In this document: piece after piece, positions 13,861 to 27,937 of the stretch
How positions within the stretch are numbered: the stretch's first letter is position 1
Layout: each line of letters starts with the position of its first letter
Assembly (NCBI GenBank): GCA_977020255.1
Contig: CDROCS010000103.1
Span: 620,001 to 684,000, forward strand
DNA from: Obrimoposthia wandeli
Lineage: Eukaryota
Length of the DNA: 64,000 nt
Direction: 5' to 3'
The notes under the pieces: generated by a model
Seen by the model: only the letters and a program-made list of their open reading frames with translations
Database searches by the model: none
What the model was told of the DNA's origin: nothing
Position numbers and translations under genes: made by a program

Positions 13861-16800
13861 TTGTAGCCTAAAAAACTTGGTTCGTTACCTGTTAGAGTAG
13901 AAACCAATTACACGTTAAGGAGCATTGTAAAGAAGTGTTTATTAAAGAAACAGCCAGTATACATATATGTGAACTAATAAAAGAATTTAATATTCAAATT
14001 GCAATAAATTTGAGAAATTTCAGAATAAAAATTAAATTACAAACTAGTGAAGAAAATAATTCTAATAGTCAAAACTTCAAGATACAAGTTTAATCACATT
14101 TATTGAACATGCGTTATCAGCAGCTGGAGAAATAAGAATTTTAAAATAAAAAACGAAATAAAGATGGCGTGTTTGAATAGCAGTTGTGTGCAGCTGCTAG
14201 ATTTATGTGCATATATATACAAAAAACACTAAAATCCAAGTAACTAATAATCATAAACAAATATTGATGAGTGAAAATGAAGTATATTATATTTTTTTGA
14301 TATATTGTTTGAGTTCATAGTTATAATTAAATTTATGTAATATGACAAAATCAATCCACCAGTTATTTTACAGAGGGCGTTCTAAAATTAAAGTAATACA
14401 AATGAACGTAAATTTAAAATTAACCAAATATATATACTAAAAATGCTTACTTTGAGATAACAGCTGTTGTAATATTATTTTAAGACAGTTCATATTTGGG
14501 AAAAATATTGATTTAAATAATTCCCAAATAAAACATAGATAGAATTTAATGAAATGTGTAAAAGTGAGGTTTTAAATAATTATAATTGAGTTTAATTTAG
14601 CACACATTTTATGTTTGATGATAATTAATGCACCTGCACAGGCGTTGGTGCATAAACGTGTACGCTTCGCATCGCATTAATTAATGATTTATTTTATTTT
14701 AATCTAAGAAAAAAGCTAATCTTTATCTCAATTAATTACCTATTCCGTAGACAACTCTGCTTAATTTGTCACTCATCCACCATCACTCCATACGAGTTTG
14801 CCGAATACTTAGGCGAGCAACCTCAAAACGCATGCCATTTGATTTTATACAAACTAATCTCTTTAGTTTCATTGTATCCTATTGGGATCTAAAGTCACTT
14901 ATTCTCCCATATAACATAATCCAAGTAGGCTTGGAACCAGAGTTCATCCGTACGACACAGTTTTCATATCTCAACCTATCATGTGAGTAGATCTCAATGA
15001 AACTGAGAGTTAGTTATTTTAAGGTCTACAGATAGGTCATGGCTTTTCATTTGTACTTCATCCTGTATTGGAACAATTTAATTTCCTGGAAAAAGCATGT
15101 ACGTACGATATAAGAACGGTTGTATTATCATTGGTACAATACTTTGAAAATTTAGAAATTTAGCAAATGAAGTATCAGCGATGAAAAATTAAAATCTTTC
15201 TTTTTTTGCAATTTCATATATCTTTCAATTTAAAAAACTGTTAAACCAATTTAAATTGAAATATATCCGGCCTGTAATAGGAGTACAGTCACGCCTCATC
15301 CAACAAGGATCAGGGCTGAATGTCAGATTGATATAAAATATGTTTGTTCGGCAACCCAAAACTTCGTGTTACAAACCTTTAATAGTTAAGGCAAACATAA
15401 AGTTCTAAATATTACTATGGACGAGGCAATAAAAATGATCATAAATTAACCATTAAATTTATATAAAAAAACTATAAAATTTCCATTTAAGTCTAAGATA
15501 GTTTTTCAGTGACTTAAAATATTGCAGGGCTCTGGCCTGAACCTTTCTTTTGGTCAATTTTTCTCGACTTAATCAACCTCCAATTTCATTTGTCGGATGA
15601 GGTTTTTGTTTGGCTATACCCCATTACCCTTTGAACGCGTATTTTAACTAAATTATAGCGGATTTTAATCTTGTTTAAACTGCTTCTTTTGAATCATGCC
15701 TTTTTTAATTCTAGAAATTGGGGGATTGGTAAACATGTAGCTTTATAGGCAATTTAATACTATCAAAAATTATGAAGTGCCTTTTTTATTGGCATATAAA
15801 AATTTAGAATCTTTCGGTAGGAGCTTTTTAGCAAAGAAAGCTTACATAAATTCAATGTAGTTCAAAAGAAATGAAACACTTTGTGACATGTGTAGTGGAA
15901 AAGTTTACTTATGAAACTTACTGATGAAAAGGTTTCTTCAAATAGTTTTTGACATTATTTTCGATATGTAGGGGAACTCATACTGCATTTTTGACATACT
16001 CTTTTTCCTAAGAAATTCCAGCTCCTCAAGATAGCGTTGGTCATTTAAGGTTATTTCAAAGAAAATATTTTTCAGTAAAACTCCTTGGGAAAATGAAGTG
16101 GTGTTTCAGAACAAACACTTATTTGTTGTAGCCTCATTTTAAATTTTCGAAAAAAAATATTCAATCGTTTGGATTTATTTCCATCTGTGACTTGACAATT
16201 TATTTAAACAAGTGAGCATTGGTCTCAAAATTGCTGTGTATATCTTTCTTTCATTTTTAGCCTTCTCCAAACCTCCATTGCACTTCATAATTGTCTTGCA
16301 TGCCTTTACTTTGTCCAATTATGCATGATGAACTGCTACTGGTCAGCTGTTATCACTTGCCTTTTATATTCATTTGTTAGAAGTACAGTTTGAAAGTAAT
16401 ACCGGTGAGAGCATCTTTATCATGAATAGGAGCTGCCATAATTTTCCGTGACCTATATTACAACCTGTTACGATTAAAGTAAGTCTTGTGATTTTAGTTT
16501 TTGAACATCCTAATTCCAACAAATTTGCTTAATTTTTTGAAACGTACTGTACATAAATACGATTGAGTTTAAAAATTGTATTTGTAAACATTGCAAATGA
16601 TTTATTTTGCTGTGAGTTTGCTGAGAACTAGAAATGACTAAACATATTTAAATTTACAATTTAAAATTGAAATTGACACACATTTCCGGTCTCCATGACG
16701 ATTTAGACTGTGTTTGAATTACCGGGTGTGTAATGTACCAAACCCCTTTATATTTGAAGCTGTCGTAAACAGACTGCCACTTTGTTGGAGAACATAAATA

Positions 16801-19800
16801 TTCCTACTGAGTTTCTATGACAGAGATGTCGATATAATAGAGAATCAATTTTAAATGAATTTGGCATTCTTCTGAAACACATAAAATATTTAGAATTTTC
16901 TGGCTCGAAATCTTCTGTATTTTTATTGTTTATTTTCGCTTTTATGGAAGGATACTAAAATAAATTGGCAGATGCTTTGAATTTATCGCAAATTCCACTT
17001 CTATATTACGGGTTATTTGAATAATTTTAGATTTTATTGTAAACTAACAAAATCGTGATCGAAAATTTCGAAATATACGAAACACACATCCATGTTTAAG
17101 ACTGAGAGGAGTGTTTTTATCAAATGATATAACTTCAAAGTATACTCATGTGGTAGCAGCTTAGCAAGCGCTCGAGGCGTAATGTGGGAAAATTGTCAGT
17201 CGAGGCGGTGACACTGGCATTACGTAATAATTATAAAGAAACATTTTAAATATATTTTTCACCAAGGTTTGGTAATAAAATAAAATTTATTAAAAGATAC
17301 AACAAAAATAAAATGCACTTTTTAAAATATTTTCTCATGAAATTATTTTTCTTGTCTAAAAATGGTTCAATTTAAAAATCACCTTTGCAGTTATGAGTGT
17401 CAATTTTCTTGAAATTTGAAATTATCTAAAAATATTTAAATTTCTAAATAAGGAACTTTTTATACGTACATCAAAATTTATCAGCATCGCTGTAATTTTA
17501 TTCACAAATGATAAATAAAAACACAAGATCTAAATACAAGTTTCTAAAAAAGATTTTCTAAAAAGGTTTATTGAAAATAAGAGCCAAAGCCAAAATTTCT
17601 GTTTATTCTGCAGCATAACATTTTCAAAGTATTTTTTCTTCATATTAACTAAAATTGTTTCTCAAATTTGTTTTAACAAAAATATGAAAGTATTTAAAAT
17701 ACTGTAAAAGTTAAAATAATTTTGATTATTAAATTTTCATGATTTTAATTAAATCGTTATATTTTGTGATCTAAATTTCGCAATTCTCAAACATAATTCA
17801 TAAATAACAAACAATAACAAATATGCATTTATTATAAGAAGTATATTAAATTAACCAGCAGAACCGGCGTTAATTAATCCTTTTTTATGTGTCACTCTGC
17901 TATATAATGTTTAAATTTTACTTTTGATTGCTGAAGATTAACTTTCTCCTTTGGGTTTTTTTTACATTTGACCACTGACTCATTTGATGACATGATGACA
18001 TGTGAACTATCAAAGTCAAGTGATTGTAGATCATTGGTACAAATTGATAGTAAAACAATACATAAAATACATTTTCATGCACCGATTTTAATAGTGATTC
18101 ACCACGATGAGATTTTAAAACAGATTTCTGAAATTCTGTAAGTTTCTAATAAATAGTAATATAATTTTGTTAACATATCGATTCAGTGATTCATTGTTAG
18201 GGAAGTGACTTGTATGATAAATATCCCAATCATCAGGAACCTTTACGCTTACTGGATGACACCGTTTCGATTTTCCTAAGGATAATATATGATAAATGTT
18301 ATTTACCTAGATACAAAATTTGAGGTGGTAATAAATTACCTCACGGGGATGCACTATAAGTAACACTATGGCCTGTCTTTAATCATCTACAGTTACTGGA
18401 ACTTGCTTACATCCTTTCCCACATAATTTATAACCAGTTTGATCAATATTTATAACTAATTATGCTGTTGTATTAATATCCAAAATACTTAATTGATTAT
18501 TTCAAGAAAACTTTGTTCAATCATTTTAAAATCATTTGTTAGTTTACATAGTTCACAATTTTACTTTCCACATATTTTCTTAATTATTTAGAATACTGAA
18601 ATACCATGTAAAAACATCCATGTAGTCATCGAAGATATGTTTACAACATTTTCATGAAATACATATCGTATTTAGTTACAAAATTTATTTATATTGCTTA
18701 CTGACTATTAATTAATTTTCCAGAGTCAAAAAAGAACATTATTTATGTAGAATTCCATTGTAAAAAGTTGGGAAATTGCTAATTGAATGGAAAATACATG
18801 AATATATACATGATGATTATATATATATAAAAATGAATCAAAATAATCAAACTAAAATCAATTTTTATGTTAGGCTTAATTTAAATATAAAAAGAAAATA
18901 TAAAAATTGTAATATAATTTTATAAAATGGAAAAAAATGACCAGGGGCCAACAATTATGAGAGTTCTCAAATCAAAATTTCAATATTTTTAAAAACGTTA
19001 ACATATTTAAGAATAAAAATAACAAAAATAAAAGTTTAAAAAAATGTCACGATGTCCAGTAAAATTATTGTAATTCTATTCCCAAAAACCAGGGTTTATT
19101 CTAATTCCTATGCAATGTCCAAATCTTCCTGTCGGGGCTTTTGATTTTGATTAAATTAATCTAAATGGGGTTTGGTCCTTTAGATAATTTGCCCACTTAG
19201 ATTCCATCGGGTAACCCATTAGTAGATATGTTTGCCTATTAGTATTGTAAAGTTTTATGTACTTTCTTATACTATAGAATTTTTTTACCCAAAGATGGAA
19301 TTTTTATGAGTCGTACATTTTTCAATAGGAATTAATTTATGCTTTAAAATGATATTTTGTTAATTTCTTTGCGACTTTTAGATGTCTAGAAATTTTTCTT
19401 TAAAGTTTAATTAATTAACGTTTTAATTAACAAAAATCACATTTTGTGGATCTTTCTTAATATGAAAGTTGAAAAACTTTCAAGCATACATGAAATAAAT
19501 CGGTATTTCATTACTAATTTATATGTAATTCAGATTTTGATCTAAGGTCTTTAAAATGTCATTCATAAAAAGGTGAATTTTTCACAAAATTAATTATTAT
19601 TTTAAAACTATTATTCTTAATTGTGGATTACTATAAAACATTTTAATAATTATTTTGGTATAAACTTTATTCATAACTTAAACAATTGTTATTTATTTGC
19701 TTTAAAGTTTTTAAGGAGAGTAATTTAAATATTTGTTATTTTGTTGTTCTTTTAAATTTAACTTTAACAATTAGGTCGTTTTTTTATTAAAAAGCGCAAC

Positions 19801-20442
19801 GTTGATTTTTATAATTCGAAATAAAATATGAATTTTTCAGATGCATAATTAAATATTGTTGAATATGAATAATTTTGTGCCAGAAAACACAGGGACTGAA
19901 TCCTCGCCCAGAGGATGTACGTGTTAATTCAATTAGCAGACTAGTTATAATTAATTCATTGTCAGAATATCTGTTCCTTTATTTTCAGTTTTTCTTCACA
20001 CAATTTTAAATTATTGTTGAAATAATAAAACTTAAAATTTATAGACCGTTTTTCAAAATTGATTTAATATTCCTTCTAAGATTTATAAGAAGAAAAATTG
20101 ACTTACTCTTTCAATATTCAGTTGATTTCGAAAAGAGTTTTTTTTCATTTAGATTGAATGACTTTTTTTCAATTTCTTAATTTTATTAAAAAATTAAGAG
20201 TTCTTAGCTTTTATATTTTATATACTTTTATAAGCTTGTTTTTATATACAAGGGGTTCATCCTATAATAATATTTGAACTAAAAGTTATTAATGTTAATA
20301 GGACAGTTTTTTATAGAAGAACAAAACAGTTGAGGAATTTGTTCTAAATCGTAAGTATAATATTAACACAAAAAACTTGATTTCGTCTTTTTGGCGAAAT
20401 AAAAGTTCATGTGTAAAATTTTCTTCATTTCAAAAGTTGTAA

Positions 20443-20651
20443 CATTTTATATTGTTTTTTCCATAAATACATTAACTTAAAACAAATATCATTTAAAATT
20501 TTTTATCACATAGCTATATTCCATTTAGTCAGAATATAGCGAGAAGCCATATTTCTTTTATGGACGACATAAACATAAATACATGTTCTCAATTGAAGGT
20601 GTACATTATAACACGTAATTATATAATTATTGGGAAAGTTACATACTTTTT
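20443..20651 (+). repeat. ~200-bp dispersed repeat, copy 1
   Basis: Near-identical to 26741-26936 apart from a short indel at ACAT microhomology and a few substitutions. Confidence 0.92.
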
Positions 20652-21199
20652 ATACATAAAATCACTAAATTGAGATGTATTTATCTGTTATGTCCACGCC
20701 TGACAAAACAAACTCAGCTGCTGCAGCAAAAGTATTACAAAATGTTGGGAATGTCGTGATGATAGGGTTGAAGAAAACTGTATGGAAAGTTTCTTCTGAA
20801 AGTTACGCACAACGCTTTGATAAAGGTGAAGGTGATATAAAGAGTTCAGAAGTTTCCAATGTCATTGAAAAATTTTAGAAATAAATAAATTCATCATGAA
20901 GGGTAGGAAACGAATTTGGGATAAACTATGGCAACAATCAGGAGGAGAGGTTCCATCTAAAGGAAAAAAGGTAAATACTGAATTAGATTCTTTAAATTGT
21001 TTCACTTCTGAACAAATCAATAAACGTGAGTTGTGCAGATACTGCAAATAATCCCATTATGATCTCCCTCTTGGAGAATTCGACAAGTCATTGAAATAGA
21101 ATATTTTCTCGGAGTTTACAGCAAAGATTGTTTTATCAAATGCCTGTGATCTGAAATATTTGGAGTTCCTATTTTCTGACGCTTCATGCCAATTGATAG

Positions 21200-22080
21200 C
21201 TACAAGCTCTTGAAACAGAATATCAAAATTGATGATCTGAACGCATTGATTTTGATCTATTTACTCATATTTCCAGTTTTTAGCTATGTGTTGACGAGAA
21301 ATGGATTCGAATGAAAACGCAATGCAGATTTTTTGATTTTATGTCTAACAAACTTCAAGGTTTTGAATATTGACTGCCGTTTGACAACGTCACGATGTAT
21401 ATTTGGAACATTTTGCCGTATCTCAATAAATGTGATGTCTCAGAGAGGAACGTTGTGAAAAATTGATGTGTTTGCTTAGAATGCTTCACATGCAAGTACT
21501 ATAACGTTTGACAATTTTATCTCCAATATTTGTCTCACTTAATTTTTGCTAGCTAAACAAACAACTGTGATCGGCACTGTACGCAATAATGCTAAAGGTT
21601 TATATAAAACATCCCTTTTCCACAATTAAATCGATGAGATATTACTTTTAAAATATCCAGGGAGGCTGAAAACGACTGAACATATTATTTCACCGTTATA
21701 CAAAAGCCAAATTCAATTATATTTGATCACCAAAGGGGTGTGGATGCAGAAGATGTAAAGCTGCGTCTTTATTCAACACGAGTGGCCTGTTGAGGCTGAT
21801 CTGTCCCTGTCTGGCACAATATGCTGAATGTCGCTGTTTAGAATTCTACTGACAGCTACATTTAGAGAAAAGCTTTCGCGTTGAATCTAATTGAACAGCC
21901 TTCTTTATGTAGAAAAGATGTACAAGCAAATCCAATTGTTGAACCTAATGTTGGTAAGCTAACATACAGTGTATCGTGAGTAAAAACGAGCAATCTGTTA
22001 AATACCGCTGGTGTGGGATTATTCTCTGGGGATCTCATTGCACCAACTCCGTAGAAAATATGCTTTGACTACCTGCGATA
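21200..22080 (+). mobile_element. piggyBac (PGBD) transposase relic
   Basis: LCVDEKW...CRFFDFMSNK (DE motif), TFDNF...TVIGTVRNN, RGVD...LYSTRVA..NMLNVA..NS and a Cys-rich tail remnant; many stops. Confidence 0.8.
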
Positions 22081-24999
22081 ATTATTCAAAATTGAAGTTA
22101 TATATTAGTATTTTGTGGGGTGTTGGTTCCATCTCTATAGCAGATATTAATGTGTTTTAATAAAATTTGGTTTAAATAAATGTTCATTACTAGACACCGA
22201 GTTTGTATGTGATCCTTTTATATGTTTTCTGTTATAATTTTTACCAGGATTTTTTGTGTCCATATAACTATTATTAAATACAGAAAGATAGAGATATTAT
22301 ATAAATTTTTAGGCGTAAAACTATATTTCAGCTTAGACTTTAGTTGATGAAACAATATAAAATCTTTAGAATTTTAATCATATCCATGGAATGTCAGAAG
22401 AACTCCCATAAATACGTCATTTCTTCACATTTTTCACATTCTAAGAAATCACTTTTCTATAAAATGACATCAACTACTAATGATATATCACATAAACCAC
22501 CACACGCGATAAAATATTTACCGTATTGTTTCCAGACATTGACAAAGAGATGTAAAAGACGAAGATAATGCTACGACAAAAGGAAAAGCAAGAAGTCTGA
22601 AATTGAATATTTGAAAAAATAATTTCCTTCGACAATTTAATCGACTTATAAAAACATCAAAAGCCGCCTTCTACCAAGAGACTTCATTACTGAGGAGGAT
22701 ATAACGAATATTAATATAATTCAGCAAAAGATAAATCAAACATGAAGAAATCTACCCCACAACCACAGTTCAAGAAACTAAATAAACCTCTAGAGCAGTA
22801 GTGTGCAAGTATGTAGTTCCATACAGTTACTTTTTTCTTTTATAACATTTATGCAACATCAAACAATACAATCAGAAATTTCTGAATATCAGATGTCTAT
22901 CTAATCCCAAAGGTGTTATAATGAAATATGTTCAATTAATTTTGTGTGAAATATAAAACGAATAATAAGTATTAATATTTTTATTGATTTTTCTGATAAT
23001 GATTTCCATAAAAATACAATATCTTCATTGAAGAAGTTTTTCGTTTTGGGAAGTATTATTATGTTTACGAACAAATAAATTCTTTGCCAGGAATATTTTA
23101 GGTTTATTTACACTGTGCAAATTGATGATGTTTTGTTTATTAGGTTTTGCATAAATTCCAAAATGTGTAATATTATGAATTTCTATATAAATCATGTTCT
23201 AATATTAAACAAAAATAGGAATCCCTTTAGTGATTATTGATGTGTCTACTCTTACACATGCAGGGGTTTGCAGCTTTGGGTATGTGCCACATGGCTCGGT
23301 TATATTTCCCGGATGTTGCTATTTGTCTTCCCAGTTTTGATTTATATAATTTGCTCTTTAAATTTCATGTGATACACAAAAACGGTATACTCCAACTTTC
23401 TGTGCATTTGTTTGTATACATTGACTTCTTGTCTTTAAATCTATAATTGAGCATGTTTACAGTTGAATCCCCATTACTATTTTGAAAAAAATATTGAGAG
23501 TTTTATGACTTACGTAAGAATTAAAATCCACTAGAAAATAGAATAATCTAATTTTTTAAAACAATTTCGTATGTATAATTTACTATTTTTATTTTTAAGT
23601 AATACATGTATAAATAACTTAAGTTTGAAATTTCAAAAATTTGCATCCATAAAAAGAATGTTGTAGAAAAACAACTAACTGAATAAATTGTAATTGTAAT
23701 TTAAACCTGATTGATTTGATAAGTATATCGATTTAAACTTTAATAAATATATAAATATATATTGATATATAATCCATTTAAAATTTTGTTAAAAACAAGA
23801 AAAAATCGAAAAATTTTATTACACTTTTATCATATTTATGCTGTATGTTATAAAAATTGGTTTGTTTTAATCAATAACTATTTAGAATTATTTTATTTTT
23901 ACACAAAATATGAATAACCTTTTCAATCTTATGAAATTTGGAAACTTAAATTTCGAAGTTACAAAAAATCAAAAAGTTAACAGTGTTTAGATGACATGAA
24001 ATTTTGTGTAATAATAACAGGAGAGTGACTTACATAAAAAGAAAATAGTTGTTTCATAATTAAATACAACCTTTATTGATTAAAATATGATTTATAACAT
24101 TTAGCCGGATAGAATAGCAAAAATATTCATAAACAGTATTAAATTGTTTTCAAATTACAAAAGTTTTAGATGAATGGTAATTGTTTCCCATTGTCTAAAT
24201 AAATAGACAGTCAACAAATAATGATTTAGTTTCAGGAACAATAAAGTGGTAATAAAGAAAGAATTTGCAAACTCGAAACCAAAACTGAATTTTTAAATTG
24301 AAGAAAAGATTAAAGATTCGATTGGTTGTTTTAGTTTCCTTTTTATTCCGCATATTGTAGATTGTCGTATTGTTGAGAAACTCAATATATATTTAATTAT
24401 GGTAACTTTCATTTACTAAAGATGTCAGACTACATTCCGTACATTTTTGGGAGATACTTTAGAGTTTTAGTTAGAGGACGATTTCGTGTAAGGTTTTCTG
24501 TTCCTTAGTAACAAAGTCACGAAATATTTCTGTCGATTTTGAGCCAAAATCAACTACTCAAACAATTACCCCGGTGCTGACTTTATTTGTGACGTTCTTT
24601 TCTCCGCGTCGAAACTCTTGTCCTATTATTTTAGTTTCTTCCTTTTGATGCTAATTTATTTTTCTGACTTTGCGATCCCTTTAGCAATTCGCTGCATATG
24701 AATGTTTTTTTTTGCCAAAATATAGCTTCCGAGTATTATTATTGTTCAATTGATACCATTTATCATCTTTGACTAAAAGTCTCTGCGAGAAGTTAATTAA
24801 AAATCATTCATAATTTATTATTCAAAATTTGTTTTACCATATAATTTGGTCATGATCATTTTCTTGATATTTGTATATTTGTATGTTTATTGTGATTTTT
24901 CTTTTGTTCACTTTATTTGTGACAAATATTTGGGTACATCATGGACATGTACTTGACTGAAATACCACAAAGGTACCAGAAATAAATTAAACATCAAAG

Positions 25000-25130
25000 A
25001 CATAAACTGAAGAAAATATTTGAAATACGAAAAAAATATATTTTCAAACTTTGTTTCTATACAGTACTCCAGATTCTTACTTTAAGAAGCCGTAACTGTT
25101 TCAGAACAGAGCTGCACTGTACAGTTGTTC
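25000..25130 (+). mobile_element. Second relic of the same LINE-like 3' end
   Basis: Shares AAACTGAAGAAAATATTT, CAGTACTCC and TTCAGAACAGAGCTG with 13680-13825. Confidence 0.5.
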
Positions 25131-26740
25131 TTTGAAATTCATTAAATTTGATTTCCTAAAAGATCAACTATAAAATAGAGAAATGAGAATTCAAAAAATA
25201 TAATTTTCTTCTAAACACTTAAGAAAACCCTTTGGACATCCTTGATTTGGTCATTAGTCCGACTATGGATGGTAGAGCTGAGATTTGTATTTTTTTATAA
25301 AATCTAATAAAGATATATCAATTCATTTTTATGTTAACTTGAATTTCAATGAACTAATAAAAGTACAATGAAATTCAATTTCTTATTAACGAAGAATATC
25401 TATCAGCCTCAGTAGGTAGACCTTTACCTATATTTTTGACCTCAGATGACATTGACCTATATTTTGACTTCATTTTGACCTTAACTTGTCCTCATACCCC
25501 TGGGGGCTTTGTTCCAAAAGTCACACATCTACCTACTAGCCTGCCAGCGAACTGTGTAACATTTGATTTCAAACTTTATTAAAGGAGTCTAATTAATGAA
25601 TTTTAGTAAGATAAATTGATGGTATCACGTTTGTTCAACATACGTCCTTGTAACTCTTCATCAAGTTTATACACACAAATTATTATAAAAGGTAAGTCTT
25701 TTTTTAATATTTAAAAATAACTTCGACTACCGACTGCGCATGGAAAAATTATTTGTTGTTTTACAAGTGTGTTAAATAACTTATGCAATTTCATAAATTT
25801 GATTACAAAACATAAAATTTAAAAATACTATCATTGAAATAAAATTGTTATTTTTTCATGAGAAAAAAAATTCAAAATATGAAGTTTTCCAAAATAATTC
25901 AGATATCAAGACAATATTTATATGTTATAAACGAAATAAATTTAGCAACCAAATACAGTTAGTTTAGTAAAATATTTGAGTTATAAACATATGGATTTAG
26001 TTAAGGATGAAAGTTATTTTTTTATATAATTATATAAAAAAACAATATCCAAAAACACGGTATATTAGCAGGAATAGCAGTAGTGTCACAAATGTGAATT
26101 AAAGTAAGATGGGGCCAATCCTAGTCTTATTGGCGGGACTTTTCAAGTTTAAGAGAAGGCTATGACCTTTACAGGTCAACGCTTTTATATTATCTACCCA
26201 AAACTAAAGGACAGATACAGAATAATATATATTATATATTTTATGGCAATGATATTATTTTTATATTTTTGTACAAAAAAACCAATTTAATATTTTTTAC
26301 AATACTTTGGTACACAGTGAAGGCAACGAACTGAAATTGGAAGATTAAGGTCATATGATACTTTTTTTAAATAAATTATATGCAAGAAAGAAAAGTATAT
26401 GTTTTTATTTAATCTTAACCTCCCTCCTACCACTCAAAGCACAAATGCATTGTGATCCTATTCAATAAACTCAGATGCTTCTCAATAAAGTAAAAGTATA
26501 AAAATATACTTTTGAAGATTTTGACCCATTACAGGTTCAAACCTCGAAGATTTGACAAAAGTCGGACCAAGTTTATCATTTATAACGCTCAAAATAAGTA
26601 AATTAAAAGAAAATTAATCCTTAAATGTTAACTTTTGAAGGTTGACCTTCAAAGATCACCTTTGAAGCTCCATGGGCTATTCTATAGCGAAGACTGCATG
26701 TCAATACGATCTATAGATCAAAAGATATGTAAGTTTGTTT

Positions 26741-26936
26741 CATTTTATATTGCTTTTTCCATAAATACATTAACTTAAAACAAATATCATTTAAATTTTT
26801 TTTATCACATAGCTATATTCCATTTAGTCAGAATATAGCGAGAAGCCATTTTTCTTTTATGGACGACATGTTCTCAATTGAAGCTGTACATTATAACACG
26901 TAATTATATAATTATTAGGAAAGTTACATACTTTTT
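26741..26936 (+). repeat. ~200-bp dispersed repeat, copy 2
   Basis: Direct-orientation match to 20443-20651. Confidence 0.92.
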
Positions 26937-27937
26937 GCCCTTGATTTGTCTGAACATTATGCAGACAGGAGACAGTGGTGACGTAGCGAGCCAGTATTCG
27001 CCGTTCATATGCGAAGGTGTATAAAATGTGGTAGTGGTAGCATGGCTGATGAAATGAGTCTCAAATTATATTTTCAAGTTGTTGCTTGAGAAGGCATATT
27101 AATTTCAGTTTTTAACAAAAAGAGCCAACCGTAATGTTTTACCAAAATCCAAATTGAATGGAAGCGACTGTTTGGCCACGCTAGGCTTATATACATAGTG
27201 TCAAAACCAGGCAACCAGGCCTTGTCAGTAATGCCACCGACGAAATGCGGACTTATGGCACTGATAATAATATATTGTCGCCAGTCAGCATGCACCTAAT
27301 AACCCTTATGACTTATAAATGTAATATATTTTTAAATGAAGTTTAACCAATTTACAATTAAAATTTGAAAAATAATCATCACTAAAACTTTCCAGTAATT
27401 AATTTAACCAGATTTTAATTTAAATTGTTAAAACACATGTAAAATAATTGAAAAATGGTCAAAATAATATTCCTAAATGTGGCCATCTCCTACGATGTGA
27501 CTGTTTCACATAAGGTCTACCAGTCTAGAGGTATAACTGACAAATATTATGATGATCTTGTAGAACCAAAACACGCTTTTAAGACACACATATTTATTTA
27601 ATATCTACTAAATACAAGTCAAATCATAGAACCTGACTGACACAAGTCAAGATACGGAATTTTAACTTATGCATACAAATATAAAATACAAAACACTTTC
27701 AATATAAATTAAAAATTTGCAGCATACAAATTAAAATTTTATTCCATTTAATTTTTGTTAACATTTTTTTTTCTTTTATTTATGGTGTTAAAAGGAGTTC
27801 ACATTATGACGATGTGTAATTATTAAAAATAATTGAACTGCCAGAACAATAATAAATATAAAATCAAATTTGAAAAATATAAAATTGAAATCTGTAGCAA
27901 CAACATCTGAAACATCCACTACGAATTACATCCGATA

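Noticed and set aside
5001-27295. Short AT-rich ORFs listed in the ORF track across 5-27 kb
   Set aside because: Low-complexity Ile/Phe/Leu/Lys-rich translations typical of chance ORFs in ~25% GC DNA.
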